Source: the human T2T-CHM13v2.0 reference genome, Homo sapiens. Taken from it: 64,000 nucleotides of DNA. Where the stretch lies: the NCBI RefSeq assembly GCF_009914755.1, contig NC_060931.1, one strand, 5' to 3'. Of this stretch, positions 14,201 to 26,400 are shown in pieces. Positions within the stretch are counted from its first letter, which is position 1; every line of letters starts with the position of its first letter. The position numbers and the translations under genes are program-made. Under the pieces are notes generated by a model. It worked only from the letters and a program-made list of their open reading frames with translations. It was not told the DNA's origin and did no database searches.

Positions 14201-17200
14201 TTCATTTCATGCTAGACAGAAGAATTCTCAGTAACTTCTTTGTGCTGTGTGTATTCAACTCACAGAGTGGAACGTCCCTTTGCACAGAGCAGATTTGAAA
14301 CACTCTTTTTGTGGAGTTTGCAAGTGGAGATTTCAAGCGATTTGATGCCAACAGTAGAAAAGGAAATATCTTCAAATAAAAACTAGACAGAATCATTCTC
14401 AGGAACTACTTTGTGATGTGTGCCTTCAACTCACAGAGTTTAACCTTTCTTTTCTTAGAGCAGTTTAGAAACACTCTGCTTGTTACGTCTGCAAGTGGAT
14501 ATTTGGACCTCTTTGAGGCCTTCGTTGCAAACGGGGTTTCTTCCTTTCATGCTAGACTAAGAAGAGTTCTCAGTAACTTTTTTGTGTTGTGTGTATTCAA
14601 CTCACAGAGTTGAACCTTGCTTTAGAGAGAGCAGATTTGAAACACTCTTGCTGTGGCATTTTCAGGTGGAGATTTCAAGCGATATGAGGACAATTGCAGA
14701 AAAGGAAATATCTTCGTATAATAACCAGACAGAATCATTCTCAGAAAGTGCTTTGTGATGTGTGCGTTCAACTCACAGAGTTTAACCTTTCTTTTCATAG
14801 AGGAGTTTGGAAACACACTGTTTGTAAAGTCTGCAAGTGGATATATGGACCTGTTTGAGGCCTTCGTTGGAAACGGGATTTCTTCATTGAATGCTAGACG
14901 GAAGAATTCTCAGTAAATTCTTTGTGTTGTGTGCATTCAACTCACAGAGTGGAACGTCCCTTTAGACAGAGCAGATTTGAAACACTCTTTTTGCGGAATT
15001 TGCAAGTGGAGATTTCTAGCCATTTGATGCCAACAGTAGAAAGGGAAATATCTTCAAATAAAAACCAGACAGAATCATTCTCAGAAAATTCTTTGTGATG
15101 TGTGCGTTCAACTCACATAGTTTAACCTTTCTTTTCATAGAGCAGTTTGGAAACACTCTGTTTGTAAAGTCTGCAAGTGGATATATGGACCGCATTGAGG
15201 CCTTCGTTGGAAACGGGATTTCTTCATTTCATGCTAGACAGAAGAATTCTCAGTAACTTCTTTGTGCTGTGTGTATTCAACTCACAGAGTGGAACGTCCC
15301 TTTGCACAGAGCAGATTTGAAACACTCTTTTTGTGGAGTTTGCAAGTGGAGATTTCAAGCGATTTGATGCCAACAGTAGAAAAGGAAATATCTTCAAATA
15401 AAAACTAGACAGAATCATTCTCAGAAACTACTTTGTGATGTGTGCCTTCAACTCACAGAGTTTAACCTTTCTTTTCTTAGAGCAGTTTAGAAACACTCTG
15501 CTTGTTATGTCTGCAAGTGGATATTTGGACCTCTTTGAGGCCTTCGTTGCAAACGGGGTTTCTTCCTTTCATGCTAGACTAAGAAGAGTTCTCAGTAACT
15601 TTTTTGTGTTGTGTGTATTCAACTCACAGAGTTGAACCTTGCTTTAGAGAGAGCAGATTTGAAACACTCTTGCTGTGGCATTTTCAGGTGGAGATTTCAA
15701 GCGATTTGAGGACAATTGCAGAAAAGGAAATATCTTCGTATAATAACCAGACAGAATCATTCTCAGAAAGTGCTTTGTGATGTGTGCGTTCAACTCACAG
15801 AGTTTTACCTTTCTTTTCATAGAGGAGTTTGGAAACACACTGTTTGTAAAGTCTGCAAGTGGATACATGGACCTGTTTGAGGTCTTCGTTGGAAACGGGA
15901 TTTCTTCATTGAATGCTAGACGGAAGAATTCTCAGTAAATTCTTTGTGTTGTGTGCATTCAACTCACAGAGTGGAACGTCCCTTTAGACAGAGCAGATTT
16001 GAAACACTCTTTTTGCGGAATTTGCAAGTGGAGATTTCTAGCCATTTGATGCCTACAGTAGAAAGGGAAATATCTTCAAATAAAAACCAGACAGAATCAT
16101 TCTCAGAAAATTCTTTGTGATGTGTGCGTTCAACTCACATAGTTTAACCTTTCTTTTCATAGAGCAGTTTGGAAACACTCTGTTTGTAAAGTCTGCAAGT
16201 GGATATATGGACCGCATTGAGGCCTTCGTTGGAAACGGGATTTCTTCATTTCATGCTAGACAGAAGAATTCTCAGTAACTTCTTTGTGCTGTGTGTATTC
16301 AACTCACAGAGTGGAACGTCCCTTTGCACAGAGCAGATTTGAAACACTCTTTTTGTGGAGTTTGCAAGTGGAGATTTCAAGCGATTTGATGCCAACAGTA
16401 GAAAAGGAAATATCTTCAAATAAAAACTAGACAGAATCATTCTCAGAAACTACTTTGTGATGTGTGCCTTCAACTCACAGAGTTTAACCTTTCTTTTCTT
16501 AGAGCAGTTTAGAAACACTCTGCTTGTTACGTCTGCAAGTGGATATTTGGACCTCTTTGAGGCCTTCGTTGCAAACGGGGTTTCTTCCTTTCATGCTAGA
16601 CTAAGAAGAGTTCTCAGTAACTTTTTTGTGTTGTGTGTATTCAACTCACAGAGTTGAACCTTGCTTTAGAGAGAGCAGATTTGAAACACTCTTGCTGTGG
16701 CATTTTCAGGTGGAGATTTCAAGCGATTTGAGGACAATTGCAGAAAAGGAAATATCTTCGTATAATAACCAGACAGAATCATTCTCAGAAAGTGCTTTGT
16801 GATGTGTGCGTTCAACTCACAGAGTTTAACCTTTCTTTTCATAGAGGAGTTTGGAAACACACTGTTTGTAAAGTCTGCAAGTGGATACATGGACCTGTTT
16901 GAGGCCTTCGTTGGAAACGGGATTTCTTCATTGAATGCTAGACGGAAGAATTCTCAGTAAATTCTTTGTGTTGTGTGCATTCAACTCACAGAGTGGAACG
17001 TCCCTTTAGACAGAGCAGATTTGAAACACTCTTTTTGCGGAATTTGCAAGTGGAGATTTCTAGCCATTTGATGCCAACAGTAGAAAGGGAAATATCTTCA
17101 AATAAAAACCAGACAGAATCATTCTCAGAAAATTCTTTGTGATGTGTGCGTTCAACTCACATAGTTTAACCTTTCTTTTCATAGAGCAGTTTGGAAACAC

Positions 17201-17459
17201 TCTGTTTGTAAAGTCTGCAAGTGGATATATGGACCGCATTGAGGCCTTCGTTGGAAACGGGATTTCTTCATTTCATGCTAGACAGAAGAATTCTCAGTAA
17301 CTTCTTTGTGCTGTGTGTATTCAACTCACAGAGTGGAACGTCCCTTTGCACAGAGCAGATTTGAAACACTCTTTTTGTGGAGTTTGCAAGTGGAGATTTC
17401 AAGCGATTTGATGCCAACAGTAGAAAAGGAAATATCTTCAAATAAAAACTAGACAGAAT
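8262..17459 (+). repeat. Sub-array with 3-HOR (3066 bp) variant periodicity, HOR9-17
   Basis: GATATG at 8552/11618/14684, GCCTAC at 9922/12988/16054 and CAGGAAC at 11337/14403 are all 3066 bp apart. TTTTACC at 9674/15806 is 6132 bp apart. Confidence 0.8.
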
Positions 17460-20400
17460 CATTCTCAGAAACTACTTTGTGATGTGTGCCTTCAACTCAC
17501 AGAGTTTAACCTTTCTTTTCTTAGAGCAGTTTAGAAACACTCTGCTTGTTATGTCTGCAAGTGGATATTTGGACCTCTTTGAGGCCTTCGTTGCAAACGG
17601 GGTTTCTTCCTTTCATGCTAGACTAAGAAGAGTTCTCAGTAACTTTTTTGTGTTGTGTGTATTCAACTCACAGAGTTGAACCTTGCTTTAGAGAGAGCAG
17701 ATTTGAAACACTCTTGCTGTGGCATTTTCAGGTGGAGATTTCAAGCGATTTGAGGACAATTGCAGAAAAGGAAATATCTTCGTATAATAACCAGACAGAA
17801 TCATTCTCAGAAAGTGCTTTGTGATGTGTGCGTTCAACTCACAGAGTTTAACCTTTCTTTTCATAGAGGAGTTTGGAAACACACTGTTTGTAAAGTCTGC
17901 AAGTGGATATATGGACCTGTTTGAGGCCTTCGTTGGAAACGGGATTTCTTCATTGAATGCTAGACGGAAGAATTCTCAGTAAATTCTTTGTGTTGTGTGC
18001 ATTCAACTCACAGAGTGGAACGTCCCTTTAGACAGAGCAGATTTGAAACACTCTTTTTGCGGAATTTGCAAGTGGAGATTTCTAGCCATTTGATGCCAAC
18101 AGTAGAAAGGGAAATATCTTCAAATAAAAACCAGACAGAATCATTCTCAGAAAATTCTTTGTGATGTGTGCGTTCAACTCACATAGTTTAACCTTTCTTT
18201 TCATAGAGCAGTTTGGAAACACTCTGTTTGTAAAGTCTGCAAGTGGATATATGGACCGCATTGAGGCCTTCGTTGGAAACGGGATTTCTTCATTTCATGC
18301 TAGACAGAAGAATTCTCAGTAACTTCTTTGTGCTGTGTGTATTCAACTCACAGAGTGGAACGTCCCTTTACACAGAGCAGATTTGAAACACTCTTTTTGT
18401 GGAGTTTGCAAGTGGAGATTTCAAGCGATTTGATGCCAACAGTAGAAAAGGAAATATCTTCAAATAAAAACTAGACAGAATCATTCTCAGAAACTACTTT
18501 GTGATGTGTGCCTTCAACTCACAGAGTTTAACCTTTCTTTTCTTAGAGCAGTTTAGAAACACTCTGCTTGTTATGTCTGCAAGTGGATATTTGGACCTCT
18601 TTGAGGCCTTCGTTGCAAACGGGGTTTCTTCCTTTCATGCTAGACTAAGAAGAGTTCTCAGTAACTTTTTTGTGTTGTGTGTATTCAACTCACAGAGTTG
18701 AACCTTGCTTTAGAGAGAGCAGATTTGAAACACTCTTGCTGTGGCATTTTCAGGTGGAGATTTCAAGCGATTTGAGGACAATTGCAGAAAAGGAAATATC
18801 TTCGTATAATAACCAGACAGAATCATTCTTAGAAAGTGCTTTGTGATGTGTGCGTTCAACTCACAGAGTTTAACCTTTCTTTTCATAGAGGAGTTTGGAA
18901 ACACACTGTTTGTAAGGACTGCAAGTGGATATATGGACCTGTTTGAGGCCTTCGTTGGAAACGGGATTTCTTCATTGAATGCTAGACGGAAGAATTCTCA
19001 GTAAATTCTTTGTGTTGTGTGCATTCAACTCACAGAGTGGAACGTCCCTTTAGACAGAGCAGATTTGAAACACTCTTTTTGCGGAATTTGCAAGTGGAGA
19101 TTTCTAGCCATTTGATGCCAACAGTAGAAAGGGAAATATCTTCAAATAAAAACCAGACAGAATCATTCTCAGAAAATTCTTTGTGATGTGTGCGTTCAAC
19201 TCACATAGTTTAACCTTTCTTTTCATAGAGCAGTTTGGAAACACTCTGTTTGTAAAGTCTGCAAGTGGATATATGGACCGCATTGAGGCCTTCGTTGGAA
19301 ACGGGATTTCTTCATTTCATGCTAGACAGAAGAATTCTCAGTAACTTCTTTGTGCTGTGTGTATTCAACTCACAGAGTGGAACGTCCCTTTGCACAGAGC
19401 AGATTTGAAACACTCTTTTTGTGGAGTTTGCAAGTGGAGATTTCAAGCGATTTGATGCCAACAGTAGAAAAGGAAATATCTTCAAATAAAAACTAGACAG
19501 AATCATTCTCAGAAACTACTTTGTGATGTGTGCCTTCAACTCACAGAGTTTAACCTTTCTTTTCTTAGAGCAGTTTAGAAACACTCTGCTTGTTATGTCT
19601 GCAAGTGGATATTTGGACCTCTTTGAGGCCTTCGTTGCAAACGGGGTTTCTTCCTTTCATGCTAGACTAAGAAGAGTTCTCAGTAACTTTTTTGTGTTGT
19701 GTGTATTCAACTCACAGAGTTGAACCTTGCTTTAGAGAGAGCAGATTTGAAACACTCTTGCTGTGGCATTTTCAGGTGGAGATTTCAAGCGATTTGAGGA
19801 CAATTGCAGAAAAGGAAATATCTTCGTATAATAACCAGACAGAATCATTCTCAGAAAGTGCTTTGTGATGTGTGCGTTCAACTCACAGAGTTTAACCTTT
19901 CTTTTCATAGAGGAGTTTGGAAACACACTGTTTGTAAAGTCTGCAAGTGGATATATGGACCTGTTTGAGGCCTTCGTTGGAAACGGGATTTCTTCATTGA
20001 ATGCTAGACGGAAGAATTCTCAGTAAATTCTTTGTGTTGTGTGCATTCAACTCACAGAGTGGAACGTCCCTTTAGACAGAGCAGATTTGAAACACTCTTT
20101 TTGCGGAATTTGCAAGTGGAGATTTCTAGCCATTTGATGCCAACAGTAGAAAGGGAAATATCTTCAAATAAAAACCAGACAGAATCATTCTCAGAAAATT
20201 CTTTGTGATGTGTGCGTTCAACTCACATAGTTTAACCTTTCTTTTCATAGAGCAGTTTGGAAACACTCTGTTTGTAAAGTCTGCAAGTGGATATATGGAC
20301 CGCATTGAGGCCTTCGTTGGAAACGGGATTTCTTCATTTCATGCTAGACAGAAGAATTCTCAGTAACTTCTTTGTGCTGTGTGTATTCAACTCACAGAGT

Positions 20401-23400
20401 GGAACGTCCCTTTACACAGAGCAGATTTGAAACACTCTTTTTGTGGAGTTTGCAAGTGGAGATTTCAAGCGATTTGATGCCAACAGTAGAAAAGGAAATA
20501 TCTTCAAATAAAAACTAGACAGAATCATTCTCAGAAACTACTTTGTGATGTGTGCCTTCAACTCACAGAGTTTAACCTTTCTTTTCTTAGAGCAGTTTAG
20601 AAACACTCTGCTTGTTATGTCTGCAAGTGGATATTTGGACCTCTTTGAGGCCTTCGTTGCAAACGGGGTTTCTTCCTTTCATGCTAGACTAAGAAGAGTT
20701 CTCAGTAACTTTTTTGTGTTGTGTGTATTCAACTCACAGAGTTGAACCTTGCTTTAGAGAGAGCAGATTTGAAACACTCTTGCTGTGGCATTTTCAGGTG
20801 GAGATTTCAAGCGATTTGAGGACAATTGCAGAAAAGGAAATATCTTCGTATAATAACCAGACAGAATCATTCTCAGAAAGTGCTTTGTGATGTGTGCGTT
20901 CAACTCACAGAGTTTAACCTTTCTTTTCATAGAGGAGTTTGGAAACACACTGTTTGTAAGGACTGCAAGTGGATATATGGACCTGTTTGAGGCCTTCGTT
21001 GGAAACGGGATTTCTTCATTGAATGCTAGACGGAAGAATTCTCAGTAAATTCTTTGTGTTGTGTGCATTCAACTCACAGAGTGGAACGTCCCTTTAGACA
21101 GAGCAGATTTGAAACACTCTTTTTGCGGAATTTGCAAGTGGAGATTTCTAGCCATTTGATGCCAACAGTAGAAAGGGAAATATCTTCAAATAAAAACCAG
21201 ACAGAATCATTCTCAGAAAATTCTTTGTGATGTGTGCGTTCAACTCACATAGTTTAACCTTTCTTTTCATAGAGCAGTTTGGAAACACTCTGTTTGTAAA
21301 GTCTGCAAGTGGATATATGGACCGCATTGAGGCCTTCGTTGGAAACGGGATTTCTTCATTTCATGCTAGACAGAAGAATTCTCAGTAACTTCTTTGTGCT
21401 GTGTGTATTCAACTCACAGAGTGGAACGTCCCTTTGCACAGAGCAGATTTGAAACACTCTTTTTGTGGAGTTTGCAAGTGGAGATTTCAAGCGATTTGAT
21501 GCCAACAGTAGAAAAGGAAATATCTTCAAATAAAAACTAGACAGAATCATTCTCAGAAACTACTTTGTGATGTGTGCCTTCAACTCACAGAGTTCAACCT
21601 TTCTTTTCTTAGAGCAGTTTAGAAACACTCTGCTTGTTATGTCTGCAAGTGGATATTTGGACCTCTTTGAGGCCTTCGTTGCAAACGGGGTTTCTTCCTT
21701 TCATGCTAGACTAAGAAGAGTTCTCAGTAACTTTTTTGTGTTGTGTGTATTCAACTCACAGAGTTGAACCTTGCTTTAGAGAGAGCAGATTTGAAACACT
21801 CTTGCTGTGGCATTTTCAGGTGGAGATTTCAAGCGATTTGAGGACAATTGCAGAAAAGGAAATATCTTCGTATAATAACCAGACAGAATCATTCTCAGAA
21901 AGTGCTTTGTGATGTGTGCGTTCAACTCACAGAGTTTAACCTTTCTTTTCATAGAGGAGTTTGGAAACACACTGTTTGTAAAGTCTGCAAGTGGATACAT
22001 GGACCTGTTTGAGGCCTTCGTTGGAAACGGGATTTCTTCATTGAATGCTAGACGGAAGAATTCTCAGTAAATTCTTTGTGTTGTGTGCATTCAACTCACA
22101 GAGTGGAACGTCCCTTTAGAGAGAGCAGATTTGAAACACTCTTTTTGCGGAATTTGCAAGTGGAGATTTCTAGCCATTTGATGCCAACAGTAGAAAGGGA
22201 AATATCTTCAAATAAAAACCAGACAGAATCATTCTCAGAAAATTCTTTGTGATGTGTGCGTTCAACTCACATAGTTTAACCTTTCTTTTCATAGAGCAGT
22301 TTGGAAACACTCTGTTTGTAAAGTCTGCAAGTGGATATATGGACCGCATTGAGGCCTTCGTTGGAAACGGGATTTCTTCATTTCATGCTAGACAGAAGAA
22401 TTCTCAGTAACTTCTTTGTGCTGTGTGTATTCAACTCACAGAGTGGAACGTCCCTTTGCACAGAGCAGATTTGAAACACTCTTTTTGTGGAGTTTGCAAG
22501 TGGAGATTTCAAGCGATTTGATGCCAACAGTAGAAAAGGAAATATATTCAAATAAAAACTAGACAGAATCATTCTCAGAAACTACTTTGTGATGTGTGCC
22601 TTCAACTCACAGAGTTTAACCTTTCTTTTCTTAGAGCAGTTTAGAAACACTCTGCTTGTTATGTCTGCAAGTGGATATTTGGACCTCTTTGAGGCCTTCG
22701 TTGCAAACGGGGTTTCTTCCTTTCATGCTAGACTAAGAAGAGTTCTCAGTAACTTTTTTGTGTTGAGTGTATTCAACTCACAGAGTTGAACCTTGCTTTA
22801 GAGAGAGCAGATTTGAAACACTCTTGCTGTGGCATTTTCAGGTGGAGATTTCAAGCGATTTGAGGACAATTGCAGAAAAGGAAATATCTTCGTATAATAA
22901 CCAGACAGAATCATTCTCAGAAAGTGCTTTGTGATGTGTGCGTTCAACTCACAGAGTTTAACCTTTCTTTTCATAGAGGAGTTTGGAAACACACTGTTTG
23001 TAAAGTCTGCAAGTGGATACATGGACCTGTTTGAGGCCTTCGTTGGAAACGGGATTTCTTCATTGAATTCTAGACGGAAGAATTCTCAGTAAATTCTTTG
23101 TGTTGTGTGCATTCAACTCACAGAGTGGAACGTCCCTTTAGACAGAGCAGATTTGAAACACTCTTTTTGCGGAATTTGCAAGTGGAGATTTCTAGCCATT
23201 TGATGCCAACAGTAGAAAGGGAAATATCTTCAAATAAAAACCAGACAGAATCATTCTCAGAAAATTCTTTGTGATGTGTGCGTTCAACTCACATAGTTTA
23301 ACCTTTCTTTTCATAGAGCAGTTTGGAAACACTCTGTTTGTAAAGTCTGCAAGTGGATATATGGACCGCATTGAGGCCTTCGTTGGAAACGGGATTTCTT

Positions 23401-26400
23401 CATTTCATGCTAGACAGAAGAATTCTCAGTAACTTCTTTGTGCTGTGTGTATTCAACTCACAGAGTGGAACGTCCCTTTACACAGAGCAGATTTGAAACA
23501 CTCTTTTTGTGGAGTTTGCAAGTGGAGATTTCAAGCGATTTGATGCCAACAGTAGAAAAGGAAATATCTTCAAATAAAAACTAGACAGAATCATTCTCAG
23601 AAACTACTTTGTGATGTGTGCCTTCAACTCACAGAGTTTAACCTTTCTTTTCTTAGAGCAGTTTAGAAACACTCTGCTTGTTATGTCTGCAAGTGGATAT
23701 TTGGACCTCTTTGAGGCCTTCGTTGCAAACGGGGTTTCTTCCTTTCATGCTAGACTAAGAAGAGTTCTCAGTAACTTTTTTGTGTTGTGTGTATTCAACT
23801 CACAGAGTTGAACCTTGCTTTAGAGAGAGCAGATTTGAAACACTCTTGCTGTGGCATTTTCAGGTGGAGATTTCAAGCGATTTGAGGACAATTGCAGAAA
23901 AGGAAATATCTTCGTATAATAACCAGACAGAATCATTCTCAGAAAGTGCTTTGTGATGTGTGCGTTCAACTCACAGAGTTTAACCTTTCTTTTCATAGAG
24001 GAGTTTGGAAACACACTGTTTGTAAGGACTGCAAGTGGATATATGGACCTGTTTGAGGCCTTCGTTGGAAACGGGATTTCTTCATTGAATGCTAGACGGA
24101 AGAATTCTCAGTAAATTCTTTGTGTTGTGTGCATTCAACTCACAGAGTGGAACGTCCCTTTAGACAGAGCAGATTTGAAACACTCTTTTTGCGGAATTTG
24201 CAAGTGGAGATTTCTAGCCATTTGATGCCAACAGTAGAAAGGGAAATATCTTCAAATAAAAACCAGACAGAATCATTCTCAGAAAATTCTTTGTGATGTG
24301 TGCGTTCAACTCACATAGTTTAACCTTTCTTTTCATAGAGCAGTTTGGAAACACTCTGTTTGTAAAGTCTGCAAGTGGATATATGGACCGCATTGAGGCC
24401 TTCGTTGGAAACGGGATTTCTTCATTTCATGCTAGACAGAAGAATTCTCAGTAACTTCTTTGTGCTGTGTGTATTCAACTCACAGAGTGGAACGTCCCTT
24501 TGCACAGAGCAGATTTGAAACACTCTTTTTGTGGAGTTTGCAAGTGGAGATTTCAAGCGATTTGATGCCAACAGTAGAAAAGGAAATATCTTCAAATAAA
24601 AACTAGACAGAATCATTCTCAGAAACTACTTTGTGATGTGTGCCTTCAACTCACAGAGTTCAACCTTTCTTTTCTTAGAGCAGTTTAGAAACACTCTGCT
24701 TGTTATGTCTGCAAGTGGATATTTGGACCTCTTTGAGGCCTTCGTTGCAAACGGGGTTTCTTCCTTTCATGCTAGACTAAGAAGAGTTCTCAGTAACTTT
24801 TTTGTGTTGTGTGTATTCAACTCACAGAGTTGAACCTTGCTTTAGAGAGAGCAGATTTGAAACACTCTTGCTGTGGCATTTTCAGGTGGAGATTTCAAGC
24901 GATTTGAGGACAATTGCAGAAAAGGAAATATCTTCGTATAATAACCAGACAGAATCATTCTCAGAAAGTGCTTTGTGATGTGTGCGTTCAACTCACAGAG
25001 TTTAACCTTTCTTTTCATAGAGGAGTTTGGAAACACACTGTTTGTAAAGTCTGCAAGTGGATACATGGACCTGTTTGAGGCCTTCGTTGGAAACGGGATT
25101 TCTTCATTGAATGCTAGACGGAAGAATTCTCAGTAAATTCTTTGTGTTGTGTGCATTCAACTCACAGAGTGGAACGTCCCTTTAGACAGAGCAGATTTGA
25201 AACACTCTTTTTGCGGAATTTGCAAGTGGAGATTTCTAGCCATTTGATGCCAACAGTAGAAAGGGAAATATCTTCAAATAAAAACCAGACAGAATCATTC
25301 TCAGAAAATTCTTTGTGATGTGTGCGTTCAACTCACATAGTTTAACCTTTCTTTTCATAGAGCAGTTTGGAAACACTCTGTTTGTAAAGTCTGCAAGTGG
25401 ATATATGGACCGCATTGAGGCCTTCGTTGGAAACGGGATTTCTTCATTTCATGCTAGACAGAAGAATTCTCAGTAACTTCTTTGTGCTGTGTGTATTCAA
25501 CTCACAGAGTGGAACGTCCCTTTGCACAGAGCAGATTTGAAACACTCTTTTTGTGGAGTTTGCAAGTGGAGATTTCAAGCGATTTGATGCCAACAGTAGA
25601 AAAGGAAATATCTTCAAATAAAAACTAGACAGAATCATTCTCAGAAACTACTTTGTGATGTGTGCCTTCAACTCACAGAGTTTAACCTTTCTTTTCTTAG
25701 AGCAGTTTAGAAACACTCTGCTTGTTATGTCTGCAAGTGGATATTTGGACCTCTTTGAGGCCTTCGTTGCAAACGGGGTTTCTTCCTTTCATGCTAGACT
25801 AAGAAGAGTTCTCAGTAACTTTTTTGTGTTGTGTGTATTCAACTCACAGAGTTGAACCTTGCTTTAGAGAGAGCAGATTTGAAACACTCTTGCTGTGGCA
25901 TTTTCAGGTGGAGATTTCAAGCGATTTGAGGACAATTGCAGAAAAGGAAATATCTTCGTATAATAACCAGACAGAATCATTCTCAGAAAGTGCTTTGTGA
26001 TGTGTGCGTTCAACTCACAGAGTTTAACCTTTCTTTTCATAGAGGAGTTTGGAAACACACTGTTTGTAAAGTCTGCAAGTGGATATATGGACCTGTTTGA
26101 GGCCTTCGTTGGAAACGGGATTTCTTCATTGAATGCTAGACGGAAGAATTCTCAGTAAATTCTTTGTATTGTGTGCATTCAACTCACAGAGTGGAACGTC
26201 CCTTTAGACAGAGCAGATTTGAAACACTCTTTTTGCGGAATTTGCAAGTGGAGATTTCTAGCCATTTGATGCCAACAGTAGAAAGGGAAATATCTTCAAA
26301 TAAAAACCAGACAGAATCATTCTCAGAAAATTCTTTGTGATGTGTGCGTTCAACTCACATAGTTTAACCTTTCTTTTCATAGAGCAGTTTGGAAACACTC

